From: Octopus bimaculoides
Lineage: Eukaryota
Direction: 5' to 3'
Length of the DNA stretch: 64,000 nt
Assembly: GCF_001194135.2 (NCBI RefSeq)
Contig: NC_068982.1
Location: 78,639,527 to 78,703,526 of the forward strand
The number at the start of each line of letters is the position of its first letter. The stretch's first letter is position 1. A program made the position numbers and the translations under genes. The notes beneath the pieces were generated by a model. It was not told where the DNA came from, searched no databases, and saw nothing but the letters and a program-made list of their open reading frames with translations. Positions 52,640 to 64,000 of this stretch are shown in pieces.

Positions 52640-53527
52640 AGGCACTAGTGTGGCTGTGTGGTAAGAAGCTTGCTTCCCAACCACATGGTTCCAGGTTCAA
52701 ACCCACTGCGTGACACCTTGGGCAAGTGTCTTCTATTATAGCCTTGGGCTAACCAAAACCTTGTGAGTGGATTTTGTAGATGGGAACTGAAAGAAGCCTG
52801 TTATATATATATATATATATATCTTTCTGTCTGACGCCCCACCATTGCTTGACAACCAATGTTGGTGTATTTAAGTCCCCAAAACTTAACGATTTGACAA
52901 AAGAGACTGATAGAATAAGTACTAGACTTACAAAGAATAATTCCTGGGCCGATTTCTGTGACTCTAGGCAGTGCTCCAGCATGGCTGCAGTCAAATGACT
53001 GAAACAAGTAAAAGAATGAAAGAATATATATATTCTTTCAATTTTTTTTTATTCTAGTCCATTTTTCTATGCTTGCCTTTCTGAAACTAATGCTTCTTCC
53101 TTTTTCCAAGTAAAGTTTAATACATTCTCACACACACGTATTTGTATGCACATGGATAAATTTATATATAAATATGTGTGTCTATATATGCTTGTGGTCA
53201 GAAGTTTGTTTCCCTACCACATGGTTGTGAGTTCAGTTCCACTGCGTAACACCTTATGTATGTGTAGTCTACTATAGTCCCTTGGCTACCAAAACCTTGT
53301 GAGTGGATTTGGTGGACAGAAAGTGAAAGAAGCCTGTTGTATGTATGTATGTGTGTGTATTTCTGTATTTGTCCACTTGACAACCAGTTTGGTTTGTTTA
53401 TATCCCTATAACTAAGTGGTTCAGCAAAAAGAAACTGCTAGAATAGGTGCCAGGCTGAAAGAATAAGTGGGGTCTTCAAGGCTATGTCCCAGCATGGCCA
53501 CAGTCTCGTGATTGAAGCAAGTAAAAA
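52640..53527 (+). mobile_element. Two tandem SINE family A copies with tail i (52640-53026; 53188-53527)
   Basis: Both show the family A head, a microsatellite spacer and the ...ccagcatggc.gcagtc...tgactgaaacaagtaaaa tail. Confidence 0.85.
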
Positions 53528-54960
53528 CCCAGGAAGACATGGAGTGAAGCGATGAAGTGATGACAAATGATTGTAACCTTTGACAATTTGCTGTGCTTGA
53601 GTTGACTTGTCAAATCAAGTGAAATCATAGTTGTAGCCAGTGCTAGTGACATATAACAGCACCCATGCCAGTGACCTGTAAAAGTGCCCATGCTAGTGAT
53701 GTGTAAAAGCACCCACTATACTCTTGGAGTAGTTGGCATTTGGAAGGGCATCCAGTCATGGAAATCAAGCCAAAGTCAGACTGGATCCTGGTGCAGCTCT
53801 TTGCTGGCATGGGTTGGATTGTTTGACTGAGGACTGGCAAGCCAGAAGGCGGCACCAGGATCCAATCTGATTTGACAAGGTGCCATTCCTAACGCCAACC
53901 ACTGTAGTGGATGCTTTTGTATGTCACCGACACGGAAGCCAGTCAGGCGGCACTGGCATCAGCCACGACTATGATTTCACTCAGTTCAACAGGTCTTCAC
54001 AAGCATAGCATATTGCCTGACAACTGAAGAATGCTTTTAAATGGGCCAGCTATGCGATACTGGCATTGACCATGATCTCACTTGGCTTGATCTCACTTGG
54101 CTTGCTGAGTCTTCTCAAGCACAGCATACATATCTCCAAAGGTCTTGGTCACTTGTCATGGCCTCTGTGAGGCCCAACATTCAGAAGTCATACTTCACTA
54201 CCTCATTCCATGTCTTCCTGGTTCTACCTCTTCCACAGGTTCCTGCCACTATTAGGGTGTGACACTTCTTCACATAGCTGTCCTTATCCATATGCAACAC
54301 ATGACCATACCAGTGCAGTTGTCTCTCTTGCATGCCACATCTAATGCTTCTTATGTCCAACTTTTCTCTTAGGGCACTTACACTCTGTCATGTATGCCCA
54401 CTGACATTACACATCCAGCAGAGCATACTAGCTTCATTTCTTTCAAGCTTATGCATGTCCTCAGCAATCACTGCTCATGTTTCACTGCCATGTAGCATGG
54501 CTGTTCAAACACATGCATCATACAGTCTACCTTTCTTTTTGCGCAAGAGGTCCTTTGTTACCAGTAGTAGTAGGAGCTCTCTGAACTTCGTTCAGGCTAT
54601 TCTTATTCTAGCAGCTATGCTCTCAGAGCATCCATCCCTACTACTGACTTGGTCACCTAGGTAATGGAAGCTGTCAATTACTTCTAGTTTTTCTCTCTGG
54701 CATGTGATGAAATCTGTTTTCTGTACATCTTTGGTGTTTATTGCACCTGTGTATCTGCCACACACAAACTATCTTCCCAATTAACCTTCCTTTGATATTG
54801 CTGTACCTCTTATCTGTCCATACCTTACACTGGGTACATCTTATGGAGTTTCTACCTATGCCTTTTCTACATATTAAACTGGGCCATCTCCCTGATAAGA
54901 TTTGTAATTTGTCTGTCTTCCTACTTACTAACACTTTAGCCTTCCTAGTTACTAAGACTA
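53527..54960. mobile_element. Tail-to-tail RTE LINE fragments (plus 53527-53800; minus 53801-54960)
   Basis: The minus copy encodes GRWP..ICRKGIGRNSIRCTQC...KTRSN and GRGRTRKTWNEVVKYD. The plus copy starts at acccaggaagacatgg and ends in the shared tail. Confidence 0.85.
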
Positions 54961-57900
54961 TGGGGATGATAATATTTTTAACTGAGACATTACTACTATA
55001 TCTGTTCAAGTGCTTCAATTCTGTGTATGCACATATATTTACTCAATTGCTGACATCAGTGGTTTCTCCCATTGTTTTGACGCACCATTTTCTATCATTA
55101 ATAGAACTGTCAGCATTTATGCTGACATGTTTATGCTAGTATATATATAATGTCTATGTTTATGGAGATGTTTCCCTTAAGGGTGTGTGTTTGTATGTAC
55201 CATTTTTAGAGCACTGAGCAGTCTTTGGTCTCAATGGTAAAGTGGTTGTGGAACATGTTGAGAAATGTGGGTCAAGAGGACACTTTAGTCTTGTCTCATC
55301 AAGGACATAGCAACCTTTATTAAAATAGATAAAATGCATCTAGTACACTCTGGAAAGTGGTTGATGACATGAAGGGTATTCAACTATAGAAAGCAAGCCC
55401 AAAATGAAATATATGAGCATCAGCTTCAAAATATTCAGAGGTTTCCCTTGAAGTAGCTTCTATTACCTAGGTGTAGAGAATGTGTGGAAGGTTGATAAGA
55501 AAGATATTCTCTAGTGGGTGTGTAATGTGAGTGTACATGAACAACAGACCACAAATGAGCTGAGAGCAAATTCGAATATAAGAGGAATCAGATATAATGC
55601 ACAAAAGAGGTGACTGCACCAGTACTGGGCCAATCAAATAGAAGGAACATGGAATTGCATGTATATCTATATATCTGGCTATGCTCCCATATCTGGATTG
55701 AAGCATAGATGTAAGCGTTTTGGATATGTTAGTGCTAGTATATAAATGTATCTCCCTTTTCCTCCTCTCTCTCCATATGTGCGTGCACAATATTTGTTAA
55801 TGTGTATTTTTGTTTTTGTGTGAGAGGGTGTATGCATGCACAATAGACCAGTAGGTACTCTTTTGTTCTAACAGTTAAGTGGTCAGTGAATGTGTTGTGT
55901 GGGCTTGAGAGGACCATTTAGTCTTGTCTCATCAAGGAAATGTCAGCCTCTATTGTTGGTGACACAAAATGCATCAGTTCACTCTGGAAAATGATTGGTG
56001 ATAGGAAAGGCATTCAGTACAATATTTTTGGTTTAGGTTTTTAATAGAAGCCAAGTCAAAATTGAAATGTGTGAGCACCAGCCTGTGAGGGCAGTAGCTA
56101 CCGATAAGGACTTGAGCTATGATGATTCATCCAACTCATATCAGTGCTGGTGGTTTTTCCTGGCTGCTGCACCTCTTCATTATTAGATTGTTATGTTTAG
56201 TTTAGAACAATAACATTTCTAAATCTATAAGTCCATTAATGCTTTGAGACTTTCTCAGTCCTATCACCAAATGAAGTGATAGAGATTACACCATGCCACC
56301 ACTGTGTATTTTCCATTGCTTAGCTAGGCTTTGCTCTATCAATGGAATTAGTGATTTTGATTTAGGTTTTTCTTTGTGTACCCAGCTGTCTTGTTTCTAT
56401 AGTAGATGCTAGTATTGTGTAGAATTGTCTTTATGAAGGTCTGTTTGGCTTTCATTTTCATTGTCATTAATGTTCTTGTTCCTGTCATCATTGCTTTCAG
56501 CTTGAATCACCAATTCAAATAACTTCTTGAAGGAAATTTTGTCTTTCATAATATTTGTCTGTCTATTGTCAATTTAAAAATGGATATTAGAAAAAAAAAA
56601 TGGTCCACTCTCCTAGTCTAGCAAAGAAATCCATAAGCCTCATGCTCTCTTCATTACTTCTGCTATTACTTCCATCCCTACTTCTGTATCTTGATTTATC
56701 TCTTTGAGGCTGTTAAATTTTCTGCTGCAATTAGGACATCTCATCTGTGTCTGCAGTTGTTTATACTCAGACTGTAAAAAAAAACAAAAGAAAAAAACAA
56801 AAAAAAGCCACCATATCTCAAAATAAAATGTGATTACTTACAGTTGTAGCGTTCACAAATAAGATTAACTGTGTTGATTTTTTTTTTTTTTTGGGATGCA
56901 TGAAGTGCTACTTTGAGTCTCCTTAGTAACAGCCTTCTCCACCACATGGAGAGGTATGACTGTGTTTTGAGTGACAGTGATGGTGGCTTGTCTGTTAAAT
57001 TGGGCATCCCGAAGAAACAAATGTACAAAGAACATCTTGTTCTCATGTAAAAACATCATAAATTGCATAAATAGCTATGATGTGTAAATTTAGTTAAAAA
57101 TCAAGAAAAATGGATGACATTCTATAAAAGAAAAAAGAATTTCCTAAATACACTAATGGAGAGGATATTGTAGAGCTGAGGGTCTGAAATTATGGCAAAA
57201 TAACTTTGAGAGAATTTCAAATCAAAGCATTTTAGCTGGGAGTAAAATGTAGATTTATATATTTATGAATGCAGTAATATGTTTTCAGTATAATTAAAGA
57301 ATTGATTTAGTTTTTAATGTTATTGAGTTAAGCTATTTTTAGATTCCCAGATGAGAGTATGCCAATATCAATAAGCTATTAATATGTTTGAAGCTTTTAT
57401 TCCTCATTTGTTTGATTTGGTTGAATAAATTTTGATAATTAGTTTTAGGCTAGAAAATGGAGGTAGAAATAATGATTACTTTAAAAAAAAAAAATTCAAT
57501 ATATTTGGATAGAGCAGCTTAGATGTTTTTTAAATAAATTATTAGATAATAAAAAAAATTGTTGCAGATAAACGTCTAATACCTCAGGCTTTGCAAGATG
57601 TTAAGGGTTGGATATTCATGTCATTCCTGTAATAAATTACACCTTGGGAATGATGATACATTAAATTTTTATAGGGATTCAGCAATAATATTTGAAATTA
57701 TAATTATTAATGTAAATCTATGTCTATTATTTGAACTTATTTATTTTTCCAATTTTAATAATGTAATTTTTTAACAACAGAATTTTTGGATATTCCCCTT
57801 ATAGGCAGCACCAATAATCTTAAAATGTTGATTGCGGATATTAGTGTTCTTTAATATTCTTTAGTAATTCATGTTGATTGATCGATTGGTGGTGATTGAT

Positions 57901-58505
57901 TTATTGGTGGAAATTGTCATAGGACAGGAATTTTTCCTTTATTGTCTTCCTTTTAACTTTAATGACAAAATTTCTGACATGTATGAAAACATTTTTATTG
58001 GTTGATAATCATTCTTCAGACTAACTTAAAAATAGATACTCATGCCTTATATATTTGAAGAAGATTCTCTATAATTTTCGCTATTCTAGAATTAGCATCA
58101 TTATTAAAGGTCATTGTATTTTTTCTGAATTTATTTGTGGTTGTAAAATTTAGATTATGGAAAAAAAGTTACTAAACAGCTCAAGGTTCCATGTTGTTAT
58201 CAAAATGCATTTTTCTTGTGTAAAAAGAATAATTTTACCTGTAAATAAATACATTAAAAACTTGAATTTAGAAATGAAAAAATTCTTGTATTGTTTATTT
58301 TATAAAAGAAAATAAATTAGATATAAATTAATATTTATAATTTAATGTCCTAATTTATTCCTTATAAATGATTATTTCTTCTCATGTTTCGATGGACTGA
58401 CTAGAGCATGAAATTTAAGCATGTTCTTGTAGATGTTATACAGCTGGTTCACTTAATAGCACCAATTTTGATAATTATTCCAAGGTTTTCACAAGTTTAT
58501 AAATA

Positions 58506-58922
58506 GCAGGTGTGGCTGTGTAGTTAAGAAGATTGCTTCTGAACCATGTGGTTTTCACTTCAGTCCATCTGTGCAGCACTGTGAGCAAGTGTCTTCTATT
58601 ATAATCCAGGGCTGACCAAAGCCTTACAATGTATCTGGTAGACAAAAACTGAAAGAAGCTTGTTATATATAATGTGGATGTGTGTGTGCATGTTTGCATG
58701 TATTCTTGCCTAGACATTCCATGATAGTTGTAAATGACTCTCATCATCATACAAGTGAGTTTGTTTCCAGTCTTCCGTGAGAAACATGTCAGACTATGAG
58801 AAAATATTACCTTGTTTGGGAACAGGTGTAGGTTTGCAACAGGAAGAGATGGCCATTGAAATTCTCCCTCAATAGATTCTGTCCAATCTATGCAAGCATG
58901 GAAAAGTGGACGTTAAATAATG
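58506..58922 (+). mobile_element. SINE family A with tail ii
   Basis: gcaggtgtggctgtgtagttaagaag...gaaagaagcttg, microsatellite, then ...attaccttgtttgggaacagg...atgcaagcatggaaaagtggacgttaaat. Confidence 0.8.
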
Positions 58923-58993
58923 TTAACTTTAATTAAATGTTTTAGTCTTAAAAAATTCCAAATAACTTTTTTCCTTTATGGCATGCTCTAAGA

Positions 58994-61900
58994 CAGTGGT
59001 TCTCAAACTGGGGTCCATAGTCCCCTAGGGGACCACAAACCAATTTTAGGGGTATCACAAAGGGGCACTGAAGTATTGTGAAAATCATTGACTTGAGATA
59101 GTTAAGTTAAAAATTTTCAAAACTTTCATGTTTTTACATGCTATCATCCTTTTTTTTTGTTGTTGATTTGAAAATCCCATGCCACTCCTACATGCTCATT
59201 TGCTAGCCATACTTGTAGAACAACGAGTGTGATTGGCCGATGGAAAATGTGCAGGTATAATGGTTGATCATGCATGAATGCTCACCTGTGTATGTTCCCG
59301 CATGACCTTGCCTTTTGTCAGACATCTATTTTCCTCTTGCATGGTAGCTGGGCTTTATAAGGCATGTTGTTTTTCATGGCAATGTATTCTGACAGAACTA
59401 TCTTCTCAACAATTATCAATTCATGGAGGTTTATCTATGGACAAAACAATGCTCACATATACTTTGATTTTCTTTCACAATTAATAGTGATAGGTAACCT
59501 TTATTGCTAATTAGTGCACCCAAAAGTTGGCTACAATAAGCCATATATGCACACCCATAGTTTAACATAAATGTGGAATAAATATACACTGATATTGTTA
59601 AATCATATTGGTTTACTGAATTTTATTTTTTTTTTACAATGCCTTCAAAGAAGAAAATGGGATATGACAAATCTTATTTGCAATTTAGTTTTACTGTGAT
59701 AAAGTTTGGCAGAGAAGAGAAACCACAGTGTGTTTTGTGCTCTGAGGCTTTGGCATCTACTTCTCTAAAGTCTAGCACGTCAAAATGAAGCATCCCAGTT
59801 CAATAAATAGAGATGTTGACTTTTCCAGACATGAAGACGACAGATTGACAAAATCCAGACTTGAAGACGACAGATTGACAAAATCCAGACTTGATTACAC
59901 AGGAATGCTTTTGTTGGACATTATAACTGGTTTGAAAGCATCGTACAAGGTTTCAAGGAAAATAGCTGTTGCCCAAAAGCTCCACAATATCTGAAGAGTT
60001 GATATTGCCTTGCTGCAAAGAAATCATATTGACTGTGCTGGGAAGTTCTGAAATTCAGAAGCTGAAGCATCTCTCTCTCTCTCTCAAATGATACTGTTAG
60101 GCAAATAACTGAGCTGTCTGATAACATTCTGTTGTAGGTGGTCTCGAAGATTCACAGTTCACTTTTTAACTTTTCATGGCCCAGCTTGATGAAATGATGG
60201 ATGTTGCCCACTTAGCCCAACTTTATGTTTATGTACGTTATGGAAGATGAATTCTTGTTTTGCGAAACCCTCAGCACCAAAACAACTACAAGGGAAATTT
60301 TTAACAAAGTGGACAAATTTTTTGAGGCACATGATATCAACTGGAAGCATGCCATTGGCGTGTGCATCAACAAAGCTCTTGCGATTCTTGATTGCTGTTC
60401 AGGTTTTCAGACTTTGGTGAAAGAAAAGTCCCCAGGTGCTATTGGTATATGCTGTACAATTCGACAAGCACTAATGGTGAAAACCATGCCTGTTGAGTTA
60501 TCAAAGCAAATGCACTCAGCTCCTGTCTATTTGCTGAGTTGTGCAAAGAAAATTATTCTGAATTCGAAACACTGTTGCACTCAAAAGTGAGATGGCTTTT
60601 GAGAGGAAAAACAATAAAGAGGGTCTTCCTTCTATGAAAAGAAGTCCATGATTATTTACAAGCTGCCAAGCCAGATTTGCACGCCAAATCCTCTGACGTT
60701 CGTTTTCTGATCTTCTTGGCAGTTTTTGTAGATATATTCGAGTCAGTGACTGCCGTCAATCTTTCACTGCAAGGGAAAGATATAACCATGTTTTATTCTC
60801 ATGAAAAACTAACTGCTTTCAAAATGAAGCTTGAACTTTGGTACCAAAGGTTGAATAGAAAAAAATTTGCATCATTTACTCTATTAAACATGTTTATTGA
60901 TGAAAACAAGCTTCAAGTCGATGATGATATTGTTGAACTCATGAAATAACGTGTGTCAATACTTGGCAGAGAAATATCTTTTTATTTTCCTGATTTTCAT
61001 GACTTTGACAAACATTGCTGCTTTATCAGGAACTCCTTTGTACTCTCTGTTAGTGATCTGCCAACAGAAGACAATTTAATACAAGAGCAGTTTATTGATT
61101 TGGTCAGTGATGGAGGTGCAAATTTTTTTTCCCATGAAATGTGCTGTTCTTTTAGATTGAAATGGCAGTCATATTCTGATGGCTCTTAAAGTACTGATGC
61201 CATTTCCAACCACCTATGAGAGTGAGACCATGTTTTCCACTCCCCTTGCCACAAAATCGACTGACTGTCACACCAGAAATGTGGGTTGCCTCTCCAAAAC
61301 AGAGGCAAACATAGAAGAGTCGGTTGCTGCAAAGCAGGTATATCCATCACACTGAACTTTGCTGTAAATAAAATGACAGACGGTCTGCTTTTGTGAGTAA
61401 ATAATTTCTTATATAATTCATTTATGTCATGTTATGTATCAGGGATTCAGGAAAAGGGATGGGAGACCTTCAGGGGAGAAGAAGACGGTATTTCTACTAA
61501 AATTGTGGGTTTTCTGTGCATACTAATGGTCCAATTGGCAGAAATTTCTGTACATTTTGGGATGCTATTACAATTCTTCAGCTTAAAATAACCAAATTGA
61601 TAGAAATGCACCTCTTGGATCATCAGTATAAGGAATGACCTGCCAATGGGGAGGAATAGCATCTCAAAACATGGTGAAAGGGGAAGGTGATGCCAAAAGC
61701 TCGAAAACCACTGTAATTTTTAGTGTGTAACCTATAGTTTCTTTCTGCCAATTGGGTATAAATGGATCTTAAGCAGTTGTTTATACAGGATGCTCAAGAT
61801 ATTTTGGACTGTTTCCATTTCTCATTTACTTTCTAACCAATTGATCAACTGGTTTCCCATGTTTTTATGTGTATGTATTGTACCCCAATGGAGTATTGCA

Positions 61901-62092
61901 TGGATTAAGTTGTGGGTTTCGGGGTTGCGGGTTTATTGGCAGTGCGGTTCATATTCTGGAAAATACAGTACTTGAAAGTATGTCATTTTTTCCATGTTAA
62001 TTATCCTGCATTTTATAGGAGACCGTGAATCATCGAAAAAAACTGAAAGGGGACTGGCATGTAAAATTTTTTGAAAAGTTTGAGAACTGCTG
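58994..62092 (+). mobile_element. Full-length defective hAT transposon, Buster (ZBED5/SCAND3-like) type
   Basis: TIRs cagtggttctcaaact / agtttgagaactgctg (14/16). Perfect 8-bp TSD ctcTAaga at 58986-58993 and 62093-62100. Transposase remnant 59639-61355 reads YDKSYLQF.FT..EEKPQCVLC (BED finger), EFLFCETL, NLSLQGKD, KQVYPSH*. Confidence 0.95.
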
Positions 62093-63185
62093 CTCTAAGA
62101 AATGAGTTTGAAACAGAAATAGTATTGTTTTCTGATTTCCACTTTCTATATGAAAGTGATTTTAAGAAAGTGATAAATTCAGAAAATCACATGAAAGCAT
62201 TTAAAATATGGTTATTATTTAGGAATTTATTATTTCCATTTTTGTTAAACAATTCCACAATCTCTTTGTAAAGCTTGAAATTTTTATACTGCCACTTGTA
62301 TGGTTTACTTTTTTTTTGTCTTGTTATAAATCAGATTTAGGAGTTTTGAGCAGTTGTTTTTATATCTGAATGTTCTTTGCTCTTTTAGCCAGGAATAGGA
62401 TTGTCATACAGATTTTGTAAATTTAACTGAAACTTCTGAGAATGCTGGAATTGATAGTTGGAGCATACTTTGCATGTTCATTAAACAATAATATCACATG
62501 CACTCATTATGTATTAAAAATTCTGATGGCATCTTCAGTGTTTGTTTATTTAGATATCCTGATCTGTCACTAAACCACTTCAGAAATAGGAGATAAGAAA
62601 TTATTTTGAATTGAAAATTGTAATTGGTATTTAGACATGGATAGAATGATAGTGAGGGTTCTTTCAATATAAATTCAACATATGTATTTATATAACACAG
62701 GTAAATGAGAGCTGATAAAGAAAGAAATGTATATAAATGTTTAGTATTATTATACTAATTTTGAGCAGAATGTCTCATTATATAATGTTTTAGTTGAAGT
62801 TTGTATATGCTCTGAAGATTTGGAATTTGATTGAGAGACTTCAGTGTGGCATGGTTAGGTAATTAGTGGTTTCTGGAAGAATATCTGGGGTAATTAATCA
62901 CATGTTAGCTTGAAAATATAAAGTCAAGAATGACTTCTGATTGAGCTTAATTCATATTTGTGATGAAACTGAAGCAAAAATTAGTATTTTACTTCATATT
63001 GAGAACTGTTTAGTTTTTCAGTCCTTCTAGGCAAGCAACACTGAAGTTAGCAATATAGCTTACTTTCTGAGTTCAAATACTGCTGAAGCCAACTTCACAT
63101 CCTAGGTTGATTTTTATCACTTGTACCCATCCCAAATTTATAGTCCTTGTAACTTTATTAGAAATCAATAGTTCAATCCTACAAG

Positions 63186-63242
<57 letters not shown>

Positions 63243-64000
63243 AACTTTTGTCTGTGTGGTTAAAAAGTTTACTCTGTAAACCATGTGGTTCTGGGTTTGA
63301 TCCCTTGACAAGTGTCTTCTATCTTAATTTTGGATTGAATCAAGTTTTGAATGTTGAAAATTGGTAGAAATACTTGCAAAATATTGGGTTTGGTGTAATA
63401 GTTGACTAAAACCAATCGATGGTATCTCTAAACTTGGCTGTTGTTCACTGATTGAAACCAGTAAAAGAATAAAAGAAAATATATTTCTGGCATAAAGATG
63501 GATTTTGGTAAACATTTTAACATGAATTTTGGAGATAGGTTGAAGGACATTAATAGATATGGGATGCTAGATTTTATCATGTAATCTGTTGTTATCAGAT
63601 TTATAGACTTTTGTTGTAAGTGCACTATTAATTGTATTGATAATACTCATAATTAAGTAGGAAATTATATAATTTTGTGTAATGACTGAGATTCTAGATA
63701 ATCTGAAGAATTTTTTATTTTGTTAAACAAACAAAAAATAAAAAATAATCTAAGAAAATTAACCTCATTTGAAATGATTTTCAGTTTAATATTTTAGCAG
63801 TCATTTTAAAAAAACCATTGTATTGTTGGCATAGAAGGGGCAGCACCTGTGACATCTGCTGGCTTTCCCAGACTGTTGAGATTGATGGGGTTGAGATACC
63901 TGTAAGTAAAACAGGCAGGGACAGTTAGCATGTCAATCATTTGTTATACTGTGTTGACAAGTGAGTAATTGTTTTGGATGTGGTCGATGCAGCAGCACTG

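Larger units (their letters stand above)
6222..64000 (+). other. Very long intron of CSNK1G (runs past the window end unless an exon is hidden in an N gap)
   Basis: Canonical donor at 6222. I did not see an exon continuing G-KNLY..E.VAIKLE by eye. The sequence is repeats, microsatellites and AT-rich DNA. Confidence 0.7.

Noticed and set aside
6229-63367. Many ORFs rich in YI/HT/CV/SL dipeptides
   Set aside because: They are translations of (TA)n, (CA)n and (CT)n microsatellites with no protein signal.

Overview
AT-rich, microsatellite-dense, gapped eukaryotic scaffold. The SINE/RTE repeat repertoire suggests an octopus genome (inference). One host gene is supported: casein kinase I gamma (CSNK1G/gilgamesh-type). 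It has a CpG-retaining promoter/leader at about 5.15-6.05 kb and a first coding exon at 6047-6221 on +, ending in a GTAAGT donor. I could not find the next exon, so the remaining ~58 kb appears to be one intron, although about 3.7 kb is N gaps. The intron is filled with dead mobile elements: several tRNA-derived SINE families, RTE-type LINE fragments, a Penelope-like RT/GIY-YIG remnant, a full-length Tc1 with DD36E spacing, and a full-length Buster-type hAT with an intact 8-bp TSD. The best candidate for an under-described system is at 29979-30473. It is a tRNA-headed (Pol III) short element whose 3' part carries a Penelope-type minimal hammerhead ribozyme core, inserted as a head-to-head inverted dimer with a 12-bp target-site duplication. 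Both ribozyme copies are decayed here. Repeat family labels A-D are my own working names. There are no prokaryotic features and no CRISPR. Most ORF-track entries are microsatellite, N-gap or repeat artefacts.
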